Origin: Clostridia bacterium
GTDB lineage: Bacteria > Bacillota > Clostridia > TANB77 > CAG-508
NCBI GenBank assembly: GCA_017404025.1
Contig: JAFRDD010000038.1
Span: forward strand, 413 to 64,412
Direction of reading: 5' to 3'
Length of the DNA: 64,000 nt
Below, piece after piece: positions 29,864 through 39,957 of the stretch (its first letter is position 1; each line of letters starts with the position of its first letter). A program made the position numbers and the translations under genes. The notes below the pieces were generated by a model. It was not told where the DNA came from. It did no database searches and saw only the letters and a program-made list of their open reading frames with translations.

Positions 29864-30347
29864 ATTTTAATTTTTCTATCTTATTACTCTTCTTATTAAT
29901 TATTTTGTTTATTAAATAAAACAATCCACATCCCAAACTTGCTCCTCCTGTATCTATAAGAATATCTTTAAACTGCCCTGCTCTACCTTCTACAAATATT
30001 TGATGAAATTCATCTGTACAAGCATATACAAAGCATATTCCTATACCATATAAAAAGTATTTTGGTTTATTGTTTTTTTCTGTAATTTGATTTATTGAAT
30101 TCATTACTAAAATGCATAATACAAAATATACATTAGCATGTGCACACTTTCTTATTAAATGATTTAACTCACCAATATTTTTTATTTCATTTCCATTTTT
30201 TCCTTCTATTTTTTCAGCTATTAAGTATATAATTCCTTTGCTTTGCTTATCAGATTCATCTGCTGGCATTGCCGAAAAGGAAAATATGACAATCATCCAT
30301 ATTACAACTAATATTGCAGAAATTATTTTTTTTATATTTTTATTCAT
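29862..30347 (-). CDS. VanZ-like membrane protein (paralog 1)
   Basis: 161 aa. FSAMPADESD, RKCAHANVYFVL and YACTDEFHQIFVEGRAGQFKDILIDTGG are the VanZ family signature. Paralog of 34480..35064. Confidence 0.8.
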   Translation of the reverse strand: MNKNIKKIISAILVVIWMIVIFSFSAMPADESDKQSKGIIYLIAEKIEGKNGNEIKNIGELNHLIRKCAHANVYFVLCILVMNSINQITEKNNKPKYFLYGIGICFVYACTDEFHQIFVEGRAGQFKDILIDTGGASLGCGLFYLINKIINKKSNKIEKLK

Positions 30348-30358
30348 TGCATTTTCTC

Positions 30359-31126
30359 CTAACTTATACGCATTTGCATTTTTAGTTTTGAAATTTCATA
30401 ATCAAATTCCTTATGTCTTATTTCATTTTCTTCAATACTTATATCAAGTTTTTCAGACACTTCATTCAATTTTCCTTTAATATCTCTTACTTCTTGATTT
30501 GTATTACTTACTGTATATATTAATTGTGGAATATTATTACTGTTTATGTTTAATATTTCTTTGATATCTTTTATTTGTTCATTAATACTCTCTATTTTTT
30601 CACCTAAATTTTCATTAACTTTATCTATTTTATTATTTAGATTCTGATCAACGTGTCTTATTTCTTGACTTAGACTTTCTATTTTTACATTTAGAGTTTT
30701 GTCTACATTGTCTATTTTTTCATTTAAATCATCATTAAATTTATCGATTTTTGCATTTAAGTTTTTGTCTACATTGTCTATTTTTTTATTTAAATCATCA
30801 TTAAATTTATCGATTTTTGCATTTAAGTTTTTATCTACATTGTCTATTCTTTCATTTAAATCATCATTAAATTTATCGATTTTTGCATTTAAGTTTTTAT
30901 CTACATTGTCTATTTTTTCATTTAAATCATCATTAAATTTATCGATTTTTGCATTTAAGTTCTTGTCTACATTGTCTATTCTTTCATTTAAATCATCATT
31001 AAATTTATCGATTTTTGCATTTAAGTTTTTGTCTACATTGTCTATCTTTTTATCTAAGCCAGTAATTTGATTCCCAATTTTTTGAAATTCCTTCAACATT
31101 ATATTTTCAAAGTTTGAATTACTCAT
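30359..31126 (-). CDS. Coiled-coil repeat protein, function unknown
   Basis: 255 aa. Five near-identical 22-aa repeats IDNVDKNLNAKIDKFNDDLNE(K/R) plus degenerate copies. RBS AGGAGG. Confidence 0.7.
   Translation of the reverse strand: MSNSNFENIMLKEFQKIGNQITGLDKKIDNVDKNLNAKIDKFNDDLNERIDNVDKNLNAKIDKFNDDLNEKIDNVDKNLNAKIDKFNDDLNERIDNVDKNLNAKIDKFNDDLNKKIDNVDKNLNAKIDKFNDDLNEKIDNVDKTLNVKIESLSQEIRHVDQNLNNKIDKVNENLGEKIESINEQIKDIKEILNINSNNIPQLIYTVSNTNQEVRDIKGKLNEVSEKLDISIEENEIRHKEFDYEISKLKMQMRIS
30653..31045. repeat. 66-bp coding tandem repeat, 5 near-perfect + 1 degenerate copies
   Basis: GTCTACATTGTCTAT recurs with an exact 66-bp period. Encodes the 22-aa repeats of the coiled-coil protein. Confidence 0.9.
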
Positions 31127-31174
31127 ACATTTCCTCCTGTTCTTTAAATATTAATTTTATAAAATAATTTTTTA

Positions 31175-31378
31175 CCACCTCCATTTTAACATACCATATA
31201 GTTAATTTCAACTATTCTAGAAAATTTGTGTAAGAAATTACACATAAGAATTTAATTTATTGAATAAAAATTGAAAAATAAAATTTCTACTTTAATATTT
31301 ATAGCACGCTTTAATAGTTATGTCAACGCATTTTATATATTTTTTTCAAAAACTCATCAACATTTTTCGACTTTATTT
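31175..31378. repeat. R1: about 200-bp non-coding repeat (promoter/leader module), copy 1
   Basis: About 78% identical by hand alignment to 34110..34312. On the minus strand it holds TTGACA-17 nt-TATAAA (31326-31298), palindrome TGTGTAA-N4-TTACACA and ATGGAGGTG. Confidence 0.8.
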
Positions 31379-31455
31379 TTTATTCATTTTATTTCACAAA
31401 TATTTAAAGAGAAGAAATTATAAAGCTTCTTCTCCTTAAATTTTTATATAACATC

Positions 31456-32556
31456 TTAATCTAAATCTTTTTTATACATTTCAAATGCAGATTTTATAAC
31501 ATCATCCATATCATAATACTTATATTCAGCAAGTCTTCCTCCAAATATAACATTCTCTTCTTTATCTGCTAATTTTCTATATTCTTCAGCAAGTTTATTA
31601 TTTTTCTCATCATTTACTGTATAATATTTTTCCATTCCTTTTTCATAATCTGCTGGATATTCATAAGTAATAACAGTTTTTTCTTGTTTTCCATATTCGA
31701 AATGTTTGTGTTCAATTACTCTTGTATAATCAACTTCATGTCCTGTATAATTTACTACAGCATTTCCTTGGAAATTTTCTTTGTCTAAAATTTTTGTTTC
31801 AAATTTTAAACTTCTCCAATCTAATTCTCCAAAACAATAATTAAAATATTCATCAATTGGTCCTGTATACACTATTTTTTCGGCCATAGTTTTATAATAC
31901 TCAACATCATCGAAGAAATTAGTATTTAATTTAACTTCTATACCTTCTAACATGTTTTCTACTAATTTTGTATATCCACCTATTGGAATTCCTTGATATT
32001 TATCATTAAAATAGTTGTTATCATATATTAATCTCACTGGTAATCTTTTTATAATAAATGCTGGTAAATCTTTACAATCTCTATTCCACTGTTTTTCTGT
32101 ATATCCTTTTATTAATTTTTCATATATTGTTCTTCCTACTAAGCTTATTGCTTGTTCTTCTAAATTTTTAGGTTCTCCAACAATTTCTTTTTTTTCTTCA
32201 TTTATATGACGCATGGCATCTTCTGGAGTAAATACATCATTCCAAATTTTTGCAAATGTATTCATATTAAATGGCATATTATATATTTCATTACCAATTC
32301 TTGCTACTGGTGAGTTTGTGTATCTATTAAATTCTACAAATGAATTTACATATTGCCATACATCTTTGTAATCTGTATGGAATATATGAGCTCCATATTT
32401 GTGTACATTTATTCCTTCTATATTCTCTGTATAAATATTTCCAGCTATGTGATTTCTTTTATCTATAACTAATACTTTCTTTCCTTCTTTATGTGCTAAG
32501 TTAGCAAATGTTGAACCAAATAGACCTGCTCCAACAATTATATAATCATATTTCAT
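31456..32556 (-). CDS. glf: UDP-galactopyranose mutase
   Basis: 366 aa. FAD-binding YDYIIVGAGLFGS, conserved GAHIFHT, YNMPFN and GRLAEYKYYDMD motifs. Confidence 0.93.
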   Translation of the reverse strand: MKYDYIIVGAGLFGSTFANLAHKEGKKVLVIDKRNHIAGNIYTENIEGINVHKYGAHIFHTDYKDVWQYVNSFVEFNRYTNSPVARIGNEIYNMPFNMNTFAKIWNDVFTPEDAMRHINEEKKEIVGEPKNLEEQAISLVGRTIYEKLIKGYTEKQWNRDCKDLPAFIIKRLPVRLIYDNNYFNDKYQGIPIGGYTKLVENMLEGIEVKLNTNFFDDVEYYKTMAEKIVYTGPIDEYFNYCFGELDWRSLKFETKILDKENFQGNAVVNYTGHEVDYTRVIEHKHFEYGKQEKTVITYEYPADYEKGMEKYYTVNDEKNNKLAEEYRKLADKEENVIFGGRLAEYKYYDMDDVIKSAFEMYKKDLD

Positions 32557-32708
32557 TATTTCCAGCTCCTTTTACTAATTCTCTATATATTGTAATTATT
32601 GTATCACTATTTTTTCATTTTTTCCATATAATAAGAAAATTAATGATAAAATTAAATAAAATGAATAACAAATCATATTATCATAAATGGTTTTAATAAG
32701 GTATATTA

Positions 32709-32951
32709 TTAGAAATTTAATTTTTTTCTATAGTTGTATTCAAGATTATTCCAAAATATTGCATCAATATTTAATATTAATTCTAATTTATTTGCAGTAT
32801 CAACAGTTATTGGTGCTTTACCATTTAATATTCCATTGACTGTTTTTATTTCCATATTTAATTTATTTGCTAAATCTAGTTGAGTATAATTATATAATTC
32901 TAACAATTCTTTAATTGTTTCTCCTGGTGGAATAATATCTTCTCTATTCAT
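32709..32951 (-). CDS. XRE-family helix-turn-helix protein (HigA-like fold)
   Basis: 80 aa. PPGETIKELLELYNYTQLDLANKLNMEIKTVNGILNGKAPIT is a typical HTH_3 with the HigA-like N-terminal PPGE. Confidence 0.7.
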   Translation of the reverse strand: MNREDIIPPGETIKELLELYNYTQLDLANKLNMEIKTVNGILNGKAPITVDTANKLELILNIDAIFWNNLEYNYRKKLNF

Positions 32952-32984
32952 AATGTTTGCTCACCTCCATAATTTTTATTTTCT

Positions 32985-33434
32985 CTATATGTTATATATT
33001 TTTTTATCACATCCGCAATTGATGACATTTGATATATTATTATTTATTGCAAAACATTTTTTGCCTAAATCTTTTATTGAAGCTCCACAATGATATAATT
33101 CTTTATTATCTATTATAATAAATCTGTCATGGAATTTATTTGTTTTTGCTACCTTTAAATTTGGATATTCTTTGTTAAATTTTTGTATATCTATTTTTGA
33201 GATATTGCTATTGTCAGAATTTAATATAACTACTTCTACTCCATTATTCTTTTTGTTAACATCTTTAGAATACTATATATTTATCGCAATATCATTTTTT
33301 AGTATTCCAGCTAACATTGATATTCCTTGCTCAGTATAAACATATGGCAAATATTTTCTATGTTGCCCTCTTCCATTATTTTTTTCTTCTATCTTTAAGG
33401 TTCCAAATTGGAACCTTAAAATTTTAAGTTCCTC
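32985..33434 (-). pseudogene. ORF6N-domain protein remnant (N-terminally truncated, in-frame TAG at 33273-33275)
   Basis: Translation EELKILRFQFGTLKIEEKNNGRGQHRKYLPYVYTEQGISMLAGILKNDIAINI*YSKD..KFHDRFIIIDNKELYHCGASIKDLGKKCFAI. C-terminal third of the ORF6N domain plus the usual C-terminal domain. Stop upstream, no start. Confidence 0.6.
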
Positions 33435-33528
33435 TTATCATAAGCTACTTGATAAGGTGAATATTTAGTAAAAATTTGATTTAGAATTAATGTTTTTGAA
33501 TTTATCTTATGTTATTTATTTGGAAACA

Positions 33529-34119
33529 TTAAAGTTTTTCAATTTTTTCTTTCGTTAACCCTGTTATTTCAACTATGGTATCTATATCAATTCCTTTAGC
33601 TAACATTTTTTTAGCAATTTCTTTTTGATTTTTTGCTATTCCTTTTGCTTCTCCCTCTTCTAGTCCAACACGTCTTGCTGCTTTTAATCCTGCTGCCTCA
33701 TCTCGTATTGCTTTTTCACGAAGTTCAGCAAGCCTTTTTGTTGCTGCCTCTCCTGTTAAATATTCTAATTCATCCTCTGCTTTTTGTACATATTTATTAT
33801 CAATCATTCGAATCGCCTCCAAATTCTCATTTTGAATAAATGTTAGCCACTCTTCTAATTTATTCGAAATCCTTTTACACTTTTCTTTAAATTTAGGTAA
33901 TTGTATGTAATGAATTTCTAATTTGTCTGTTAATACTATGTTTTCATATTACACTCCAGTTCCATAAAATACGGACCTTTCGATAGTATTATAATAATCT
34001 TTCACTTGCATTTCTATGTTTACCTTTGTATTGTTGTCTAATGTAGCTACTACATCTAATATTCCTAACTTATCTGTAATAGGTTTGTCGGTTTTAAATG
34101 GCTCATTTATCACCTCCAT
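33529..34119 (-). pseudogene. Rpn-family recombination-promoting nuclease/putative transposase remnant (N-terminal and internal deletions, in-frame TAA at 33949-33951)
   Basis: One frame reads MEVINEPFKTDKPITDKLGILDVVATLDNNTKVNIEMQVKDYYNTIERSVFYGTGV*YENIVLTDKLEIHYIQLPKF..EYLTGEAATKRLAELREKAIRDE..IAKKMLAKGIDIDTIVEITGLTKEKIEKL. The PD-(D/E)XK core is partly missing. Confidence 0.65.
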
Positions 34120-34312
34120 TCTAGCATACTATTTAGTTAATTTCAACTTATTTGAAAAGTTTGTGTAAGAAATTACACTTAGAATTTAATTTATAGAACA
34201 AAAATTTATTAAATCAAATTTCTACTTTCGTATTTATATCATGTGCAACAAATTATGTCAATGAATTTTAGTATTATTTTCCAAAAACTCATTGACATTT
34301 TTCGACTATTTC
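34110..34312. repeat. R2: about 200-bp non-coding repeat (promoter/leader module), copy 2
   Basis: Homologous to 31175..31378. Minus strand TTGACA-17 nt-TATAAAT and TGTGTAAGAAATTACAC palindrome. Ends at the ATG of the Rpn remnant. Confidence 0.8.
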
Positions 34313-34479
34313 TAGATGTTTAATTTAAATAATATAAAAAACATTTTGATAAATTATAATTTTCAAGCTGACTCTTCTACATTATCCAACTTTTAAAAAT
34401 TTCTACGACCTTCTCATCCTTTTCAATATAATCAAATAAAATATCTAAAATCCCTTTATATATTTTACATCTTTATCAC

Positions 34480-35064
34480 CTAGTCCTTTTTTGCTTGTTT
34501 AATATTTGTACATAATTTTTTTGATTTTTCGTTTCTATAAGTATTATATATTATATAAAATATTGCAAAACCTATAATTGCACCTGATGTATCTATAAGA
34601 ACATCTGTAAATTGTCCTGTTCTTCCTTGCACATATAATTGATGAAATTCATCTGTACATGCATATAAAAAGCTTATTAATATACTAATTATACTGTATT
34701 TTAGTTTTAATTTATTTTTTATTTCTAATATAGCATTTGTTATAAATAGACATAGTACAAAATATACACTAGCATGAGCACATTTTCTAAGTGGCACATT
34801 TAATTCATTTGTTATCCTAGTATTTCTATTATTAATTTGAGTTTCTTTTTCTGACTTATCATTTATTTCTGTTTCTTGGTTATTTATATTTTCATTACTA
34901 GATGATTTTTCTGTAGTTTTTTCTACTGTTTGTACTGCTTTACTTATAACATATTTGCTTTTCTCGTTTGATTCATCTGATGGCATTGCTGAAAAAATAA
35001 ATATAACTATCATCCATATTAATACTAATAATATTGATATTATTACTTTTTGGTTTTGTTTCAA
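34480..35064 (-). CDS. VanZ-like membrane protein (paralog 2, with an inserted N/E/T-rich loop)
   Basis: 194 aa. FSAMPSDESN, RKCAHASVYFVL, YACTDEFHQLYVQGRTGQFTDVLIDTSG. Confidence 0.8.
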   Translation of the reverse strand: MKQNQKVIISILLVLIWMIVIFIFSAMPSDESNEKSKYVISKAVQTVEKTTEKSSSNENINNQETEINDKSEKETQINNRNTRITNELNVPLRKCAHASVYFVLCLFITNAILEIKNKLKLKYSIISILISFLYACTDEFHQLYVQGRTGQFTDVLIDTSGAIIGFAIFYIIYNTYRNEKSKKLCTNIKQAKKD

Positions 35065-35084
35065 AATATATTCTCCTTAGTTTA

Positions 35085-36251
35085 TTAATCTCTACTATAC
35101 AAATCTCTTGTATATACTTTATCTTTTACTGTTTCTAATGTTTCATCTATTCTATTTGCAAGAATAACATCTACATCATCTGCAAATTCATCAAAATCAT
35201 TTATAACTTCGCATCCATTAAATGTTTTATCTTTTAATGTTGGTTCATATATAATTATTTCAACATCTTCTTCTTTTAATCTTTCAATTATACCTTGAAT
35301 AGCACTTGCTCTAAAGTTGTCTGAACCTGTTTTCATTGTTAATCTATAAATTCCAACTACTTCTGGATTTTTTCTCATTATCATTTCTGTAATATGTCTT
35401 TTTCTTGTTCTATTTGATCTAACAATTGCTCTAATTAAGTTTTGTGGTACATTATCATAATTAGCTAATAATTGTTTTGTATCTTTTGGTAAACAGTATC
35501 CCCCATATCCAAATGATGGATTATTGTAATGACTTCCTATTCTTGGGTCTAACCCTACTCCTTCAATTATATCTTTTGAATTAAGTCCTTTTATTTCGGC
35601 ATATGTATCCAATTCATTAAAATAAGCAACTCTTAAAGCTAAATATGTATTGGCAAATAGTTTTACAGCTTCCGCTTCTGTACTATCCATAAATTTTACA
35701 ACTATATCTTCTTTTATAGCTCCTTCTTTTAATAGATTTGCAAATTTTTCTGCTCTTTCACTTTTTTCCCCAACTATTATTCTTGATGGATATAAGTTAT
35801 CATATAAAGCTTTGCCTTCTCTTAAAAATTCTGGAGAAAACATAATATTATCAATATTATACTTTTCTTTCATTTTATTAATAAATCCAACTGGTATTGT
35901 TGATTTTACTACCATTGTAGTATCTATTCCCATTGATTTTACTTTTTGAATTATATCTTCTACACTTGATGTATCAAAGAAATTCTTTTCATCATCATAA
36001 TTTGTTGGTGTACTTATTACTATAAACTCTGCTCCTTCAAATGCATCTTTATAATCTAAAGTTGCTCTCAGATTTAGATTTTTGTTTTTTAAGAAATCTT
36101 CTATTTCTTTATCTTGAATTGGTGAAATATGATTATTTATCATTTCTACTTTTTCTGGAATTATATCTAATGCAACTACTTCATTCTTTTGACTTAATAG
36201 TGTTGCAATTGATAATCCTACATACCCTGTTCCCGCTACTGCAATTTTCAT
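35085..36251 (-). CDS. ugd: UDP-glucose 6-dehydrogenase
   Basis: 388 aa. NAD-binding [14 protein letters not shown] and catalytic [10 protein letters not shown]. Confidence 0.93.
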   Translation of the reverse strand: MKIAVAGTGYVGLSIATLLSQKNEVVALDIIPEKVEMINNHISPIQDKEIEDFLKNKNLNLRATLDYKDAFEGAEFIVISTPTNYDDEKNFFDTSSVEDIIQKVKSMGIDTTMVVKSTIPVGFINKMKEKYNIDNIMFSPEFLREGKALYDNLYPSRIIVGEKSERAEKFANLLKEGAIKEDIVVKFMDSTEAEAVKLFANTYLALRVAYFNELDTYAEIKGLNSKDIIEGVGLDPRIGSHYNNPSFGYGGYCLPKDTKQLLANYDNVPQNLIRAIVRSNRTRKRHITEMIMRKNPEVVGIYRLTMKTGSDNFRASAIQGIIERLKEEDVEIIIYEPTLKDKTFNGCEVINDFDEFADDVDVILANRIDETLETVKDKVYTRDLYSRD

Positions 36252-36267
36252 TTTTACAATCCTCCTT

Positions 36268-37123
36268 TTATAGTTTTATTAAACTTCCTAAATAATCTAA
36301 CGCCTCTTGCTTTATATTATTTATCATACCACATGCTGGTGTAAATGTCATTTCTCCAAAATAGATTTTCTCACTTACATAATACAGGTCCATTCTTACA
36401 AATTTTATTCCGTCGACTTAAATCTTCAGCTATTCTTATCATTTCGTCTAACTTTTCTGGTTTTTTATATTGATTTTTACTTCTGTATACTGGTAAAGAA
36501 TAATCTAAATAATTCCAATTCAAATCATAATAGTCTATTCTTACTTTTTTCTCTCTTTCTGAACACAATAAAATACATTCTGCTTTTCCGTTGAAACAAT
36601 AAATTTTATAATCTAAAGGATTTTTCATTCCATCTTCTTCTAAATACTCTTCTGCAACAATTTTTGGTTCTATTAAACTATAATGATATTCTTGCATTTC
36701 TTTGCTAAAATCTTTTTTCATATTTTTCTTTAATGTTTTTTTGCAAAGTTCTATATTAAAATTTTGTTTATCATAACACAAAAATATGTCTCCAGAACCA
36801 TTATTAGTTTTTAATACAAATTTACTTGGAAGTTTTTCAAAATCTATTTCTTTTACATCTGAATATACACCTATCAATTTAGGTAAAATTCTTTCATATC
36901 CTTTTTCTTTTACATATTCTCTCACTAAATATTTATCCGTTAATTTTGCTTCTTTGGTTCCATACTCATTTAAGATTAACCATTGTATTTTTTCATTTAT
37001 ATCTTTAGGATTATCTAAATTCAATTTTTTCTTTGTGACTGAATAATATAAAATTTTGTGAGCCATTTTTTTAGGAAAAAAATTTAATAATTTATGATAT
37101 ATTTTTTTTATACTTTCTTTCAT
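36268..37123 (-). CDS. TupA-like ATP-grasp enzyme, interrupted by a +1 frame break at in-frame CGG (36410-36412)
   Basis: Frame 0 ..IRIAEDLSR then CGG..LCK*. +1 frame from GGA (36411): [47 protein letters not shown], the conserved ATP-grasp_TupA C-terminus. It stops 16 nt before the ugd start. Confidence 0.8.
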
Positions 37124-38961
37124 TTTTTATCCTCCATTTTTATTAAATACTGTAAACATTCATTAAAATATTTATTTTTTTCTATTTTTGTATTTTTTAA
37201 TACACCATCTAAATCAAAATTCACTCTGTTGTCTTTTATTTTCATATAATATACCTTTTTAAATGCATAGTCTATAAAATCTTCCAATTTTTCACTATTA
37301 ATTATATCCGTATCTATATATGCAAGATTATTAAAATCTTCATCAATAACATATTTAACAAATTTATAATTGTTCAATAATATTTTCGGATAATAACCAT
37401 TTATTAAAAAATTATCATTATTAAATTTAAAATTTGTTTGTTCCATCTCATTTAATAGTATATCTACATCATTTTCATTTATTTCATAAAAGTTTATATT
37501 TTTAATAATTCCATCGTTTTTGCTGTTATTTTTTTTCAAAATTTTATTAATTATCTCTTTAATATTAATTATTGATGTTATATATTTGAAATTTATAATT
37601 CCATAAACTATAATTCCTATTACTACTTGTATTATTATTCTTAGAAGATCATCCAATTTTAAATAATTTAATGGATATATAACTATAAACATTATTAAAG
37701 CTTTAAAGAAATATGGTAATATATTTATTACATATTTTTTTATTTCTAACTCTTTCCTTATAGCAAATGCTTGATAAAACATAACTGTAAATTCAGCTGA
37801 AATTGTCCCAATACAAGCCCCTATACTTCCTAACTTAGGAATGAAAATAAAATTCATTAATAAATTTATTACAGCACCCGATGATACTGATCTAATAAAT
37901 ATTTTATCTTTCTCATTAGGTATTAAATATTGTGTCCTTAATACGTTAGCAAATGATAAAAAAGGAAGTGTTGCTGCTAAAAGCATTATTAAATTTCCTG
38001 TTTTTTGGAACGAATTTCCAAAATATAATGGAGCAAAATTTTCCCCTATTGAAACCAGCCCAAAACACATTGCAAATGACATAAACATTACAAATTTTAT
38101 AGATTTATATATATATTTCTCAGCTTTATTTTTCTCACCTTTTGATATAATATTAGACATTCTTGGTAACATAACTGTTCCTAATGCTGTAATTAATGTC
38201 ATTGGAATATTTACAATTTTTTCTGCATTTTCATAATATCCTACTTCTGTTACGTTAGCAAGAGAACCTAACATTATTTTATCCATCATTTTATATAAAC
38301 TTATTGCTATTACTGGAATAAATAATATAAAATTAGGCTTTATATTTTCTTTTATTTCTAATAATGAAACTTTAGAAAATACTATTTTTTTCCTTATAAA
38401 AAACCACATTAATGCTTGACTTAGAAGCATTGTTCCTGACATAATTAGAGTATATTTCCATAAGTCATTAGAGTCCTTTACAAATACAAATATTAATACT
38501 ACAGAAAAAAGTTTTACAAAAGTGTTTCTAGTAATTGTTTTTTTAAATTCTTCTAAACCAAAGAAAAACCAATTAATATCAATCATAGCTGAAATCACAA
38601 ACAACGATTCAATAAATGCTATATTTTTGTAACTATTATTAAAAATAAAAATATATATTATATATGCCGTTAGCATTATAATCCCCATAAAAAACTGGAA
38701 TAGATATATACTCCAAAAAGTATTAGAAATTTTCTCTTTATTTCCATTTCTAGCTTTTGCAATAGATCTATTTCCATAATTGTTCACTCCTAATAAAGTT
38801 AATATCATAAAATAATACACTATAGAATATGTATATGAATAAACACCAACTCCATCTGCCCCAACAACTCTTGAAAGATAAGGTGCAGTTACTAAAGGAA
38901 TTATTAATACTAAAACTTGATATATTAAATTATATAAAAAATTTTTTTTAGGGCTAACCAT
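37120..38961 (-). CDS. wzx: Wzx-type polysaccharide flippase (MOP superfamily) with about 130-aa C-terminal soluble extension
   Basis: 613 aa. About 14 TM helices over the first 480 aa with a Polysacc_synt-like N-terminus (LIIPLVTAPYLSRVVGADGVGVYSY). The C-terminal 130 aa are hydrophilic and unassigned. Confidence 0.8.
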   Translation of the reverse strand: MVSPKKNFLYNLIYQVLVLIIPLVTAPYLSRVVGADGVGVYSYTYSIVYYFMILTLLGVNNYGNRSIAKARNGNKEKISNTFWSIYLFQFFMGIIMLTAYIIYIFIFNNSYKNIAFIESLFVISAMIDINWFFFGLEEFKKTITRNTFVKLFSVVLIFVFVKDSNDLWKYTLIMSGTMLLSQALMWFFIRKKIVFSKVSLLEIKENIKPNFILFIPVIAISLYKMMDKIMLGSLANVTEVGYYENAEKIVNIPMTLITALGTVMLPRMSNIISKGEKNKAEKYIYKSIKFVMFMSFAMCFGLVSIGENFAPLYFGNSFQKTGNLIMLLAATLPFLSFANVLRTQYLIPNEKDKIFIRSVSSGAVINLLMNFIFIPKLGSIGACIGTISAEFTVMFYQAFAIRKELEIKKYVINILPYFFKALIMFIVIYPLNYLKLDDLLRIIIQVVIGIIVYGIINFKYITSIINIKEIINKILKKNNSKNDGIIKNINFYEINENDVDILLNEMEQTNFKFNNDNFLINGYYPKILLNNYKFVKYVIDEDFNNLAYIDTDIINSEKLEDFIDYAFKKVYYMKIKDNRVNFDLDGVLKNTKIEKNKYFNECLQYLIKMEDKK

Positions 38962-38978
38962 TATTTCACTCTTTCCTT

Positions 38979-39920
38979 TTATTTATTAAATACTTTAGAT
39001 CTAACACTTTTTACTATTTTCATTTTCTTTACATTTATTTTAAAAAAATATAATAAACGTTTGAATGGATTATATATTTTATACTCTTTTAATAATTGAA
39101 TTGCTTTTTTTATTTCAACTCTATCATTTTTTAAATACGCATTATAAAGTAATTCATAGTAGTTGACATGATATATTCTATTTTGCATTTCCTTAGTATA
39201 AAGTTTTATTTTTTCACTAAATTTATCTAGATACATCTTTTTTACTTTAATCATTTTTTCAAAAGAAGGTACATTTAAATAATCATCATTATTTTTTATA
39301 ACACTATAATTAGGTATCACTCTTAATTTTTTAGATATATCTAAACATCTAATAACAAATTCAAAATCTTGATGTCTTATAAAATTCACATCAAATCCAT
39401 TAACACTATCTACAATTTCTTTTTTGCATATAATATTACTTCCTGTTCCAAAAAAGGAGTCCAAGCATAATAAATCATATTGTAACTCTCTTATTTTTTT
39501 TATTTTAGGCATATTCCTTTTTTGAACTTGCCCATTTTCTTTTGTGACAACTCCAGAAACTGCAAAATCAAATTTCTCTTTTTCATATTCATCCTTTATT
39601 GATTTTATCCTATCACTAGTAAATTCATCATCATCATCTAAGAAAGTAATAAATTTACCTTCCGCTTCTTTTATCCCAGTATTTCTGGCTGTAGCACCGT
39701 TCATATTTTTTATGTGTTTCAAATATTTTATAAAATCATATTTTAAATATTTACTCATTACTTTTTCTGTTTCTTTTCTATATATACTATCAGAATCATT
39801 ATCATCAACAACTATTATTTCAAAATCGTTTGAAGTTTGATTAATAATACTATTAATTGCACGTTCTAAATTATCACTTCTTTTATAAGTAGGTATTATT
39901 ACAGATAAAAATTTACTCAT
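38979..39920 (-). CDS. GT2-family glycosyltransferase
   Basis: 313 aa. LSVIIPTYKRSDNL, VVDDNDSD, FLDDDDEF (DxD). Confidence 0.85.
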   Translation of the reverse strand: MSKFLSVIIPTYKRSDNLERAINSIINQTSNDFEIIVVDDNDSDSIYRKETEKVMSKYLKYDFIKYLKHIKNMNGATARNTGIKEAEGKFITFLDDDDEFTSDRIKSIKDEYEKEKFDFAVSGVVTKENGQVQKRNMPKIKKIRELQYDLLCLDSFFGTGSNIICKKEIVDSVNGFDVNFIRHQDFEFVIRCLDISKKLRVIPNYSVIKNNDDYLNVPSFEKMIKVKKMYLDKFSEKIKLYTKEMQNRIYHVNYYELLYNAYLKNDRVEIKKAIQLLKEYKIYNPFKRLLYFFKINVKKMKIVKSVRSKVFNK

Positions 39921-39957
39921 CCTTTCTCCTTTCCTTAGATTAATTATATAATCAAAT

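Noticed and set aside
32709-32951. HigA-like antitoxin implying a HigB toxin upstream
   Set aside because: The upstream DNA encodes the ORF6N-domain remnant, not a RelE/HigB-like ORF. The gene is called only as an XRE HTH protein.
34313-34479. Short frame (..GILDILFDYIEKDEKVVEIFKSWIM*), considered as a further Rpn N-terminal fragment
   Set aside because: It has no start codon, is only about 30 codons long, and its resemblance is too weak to support a call.
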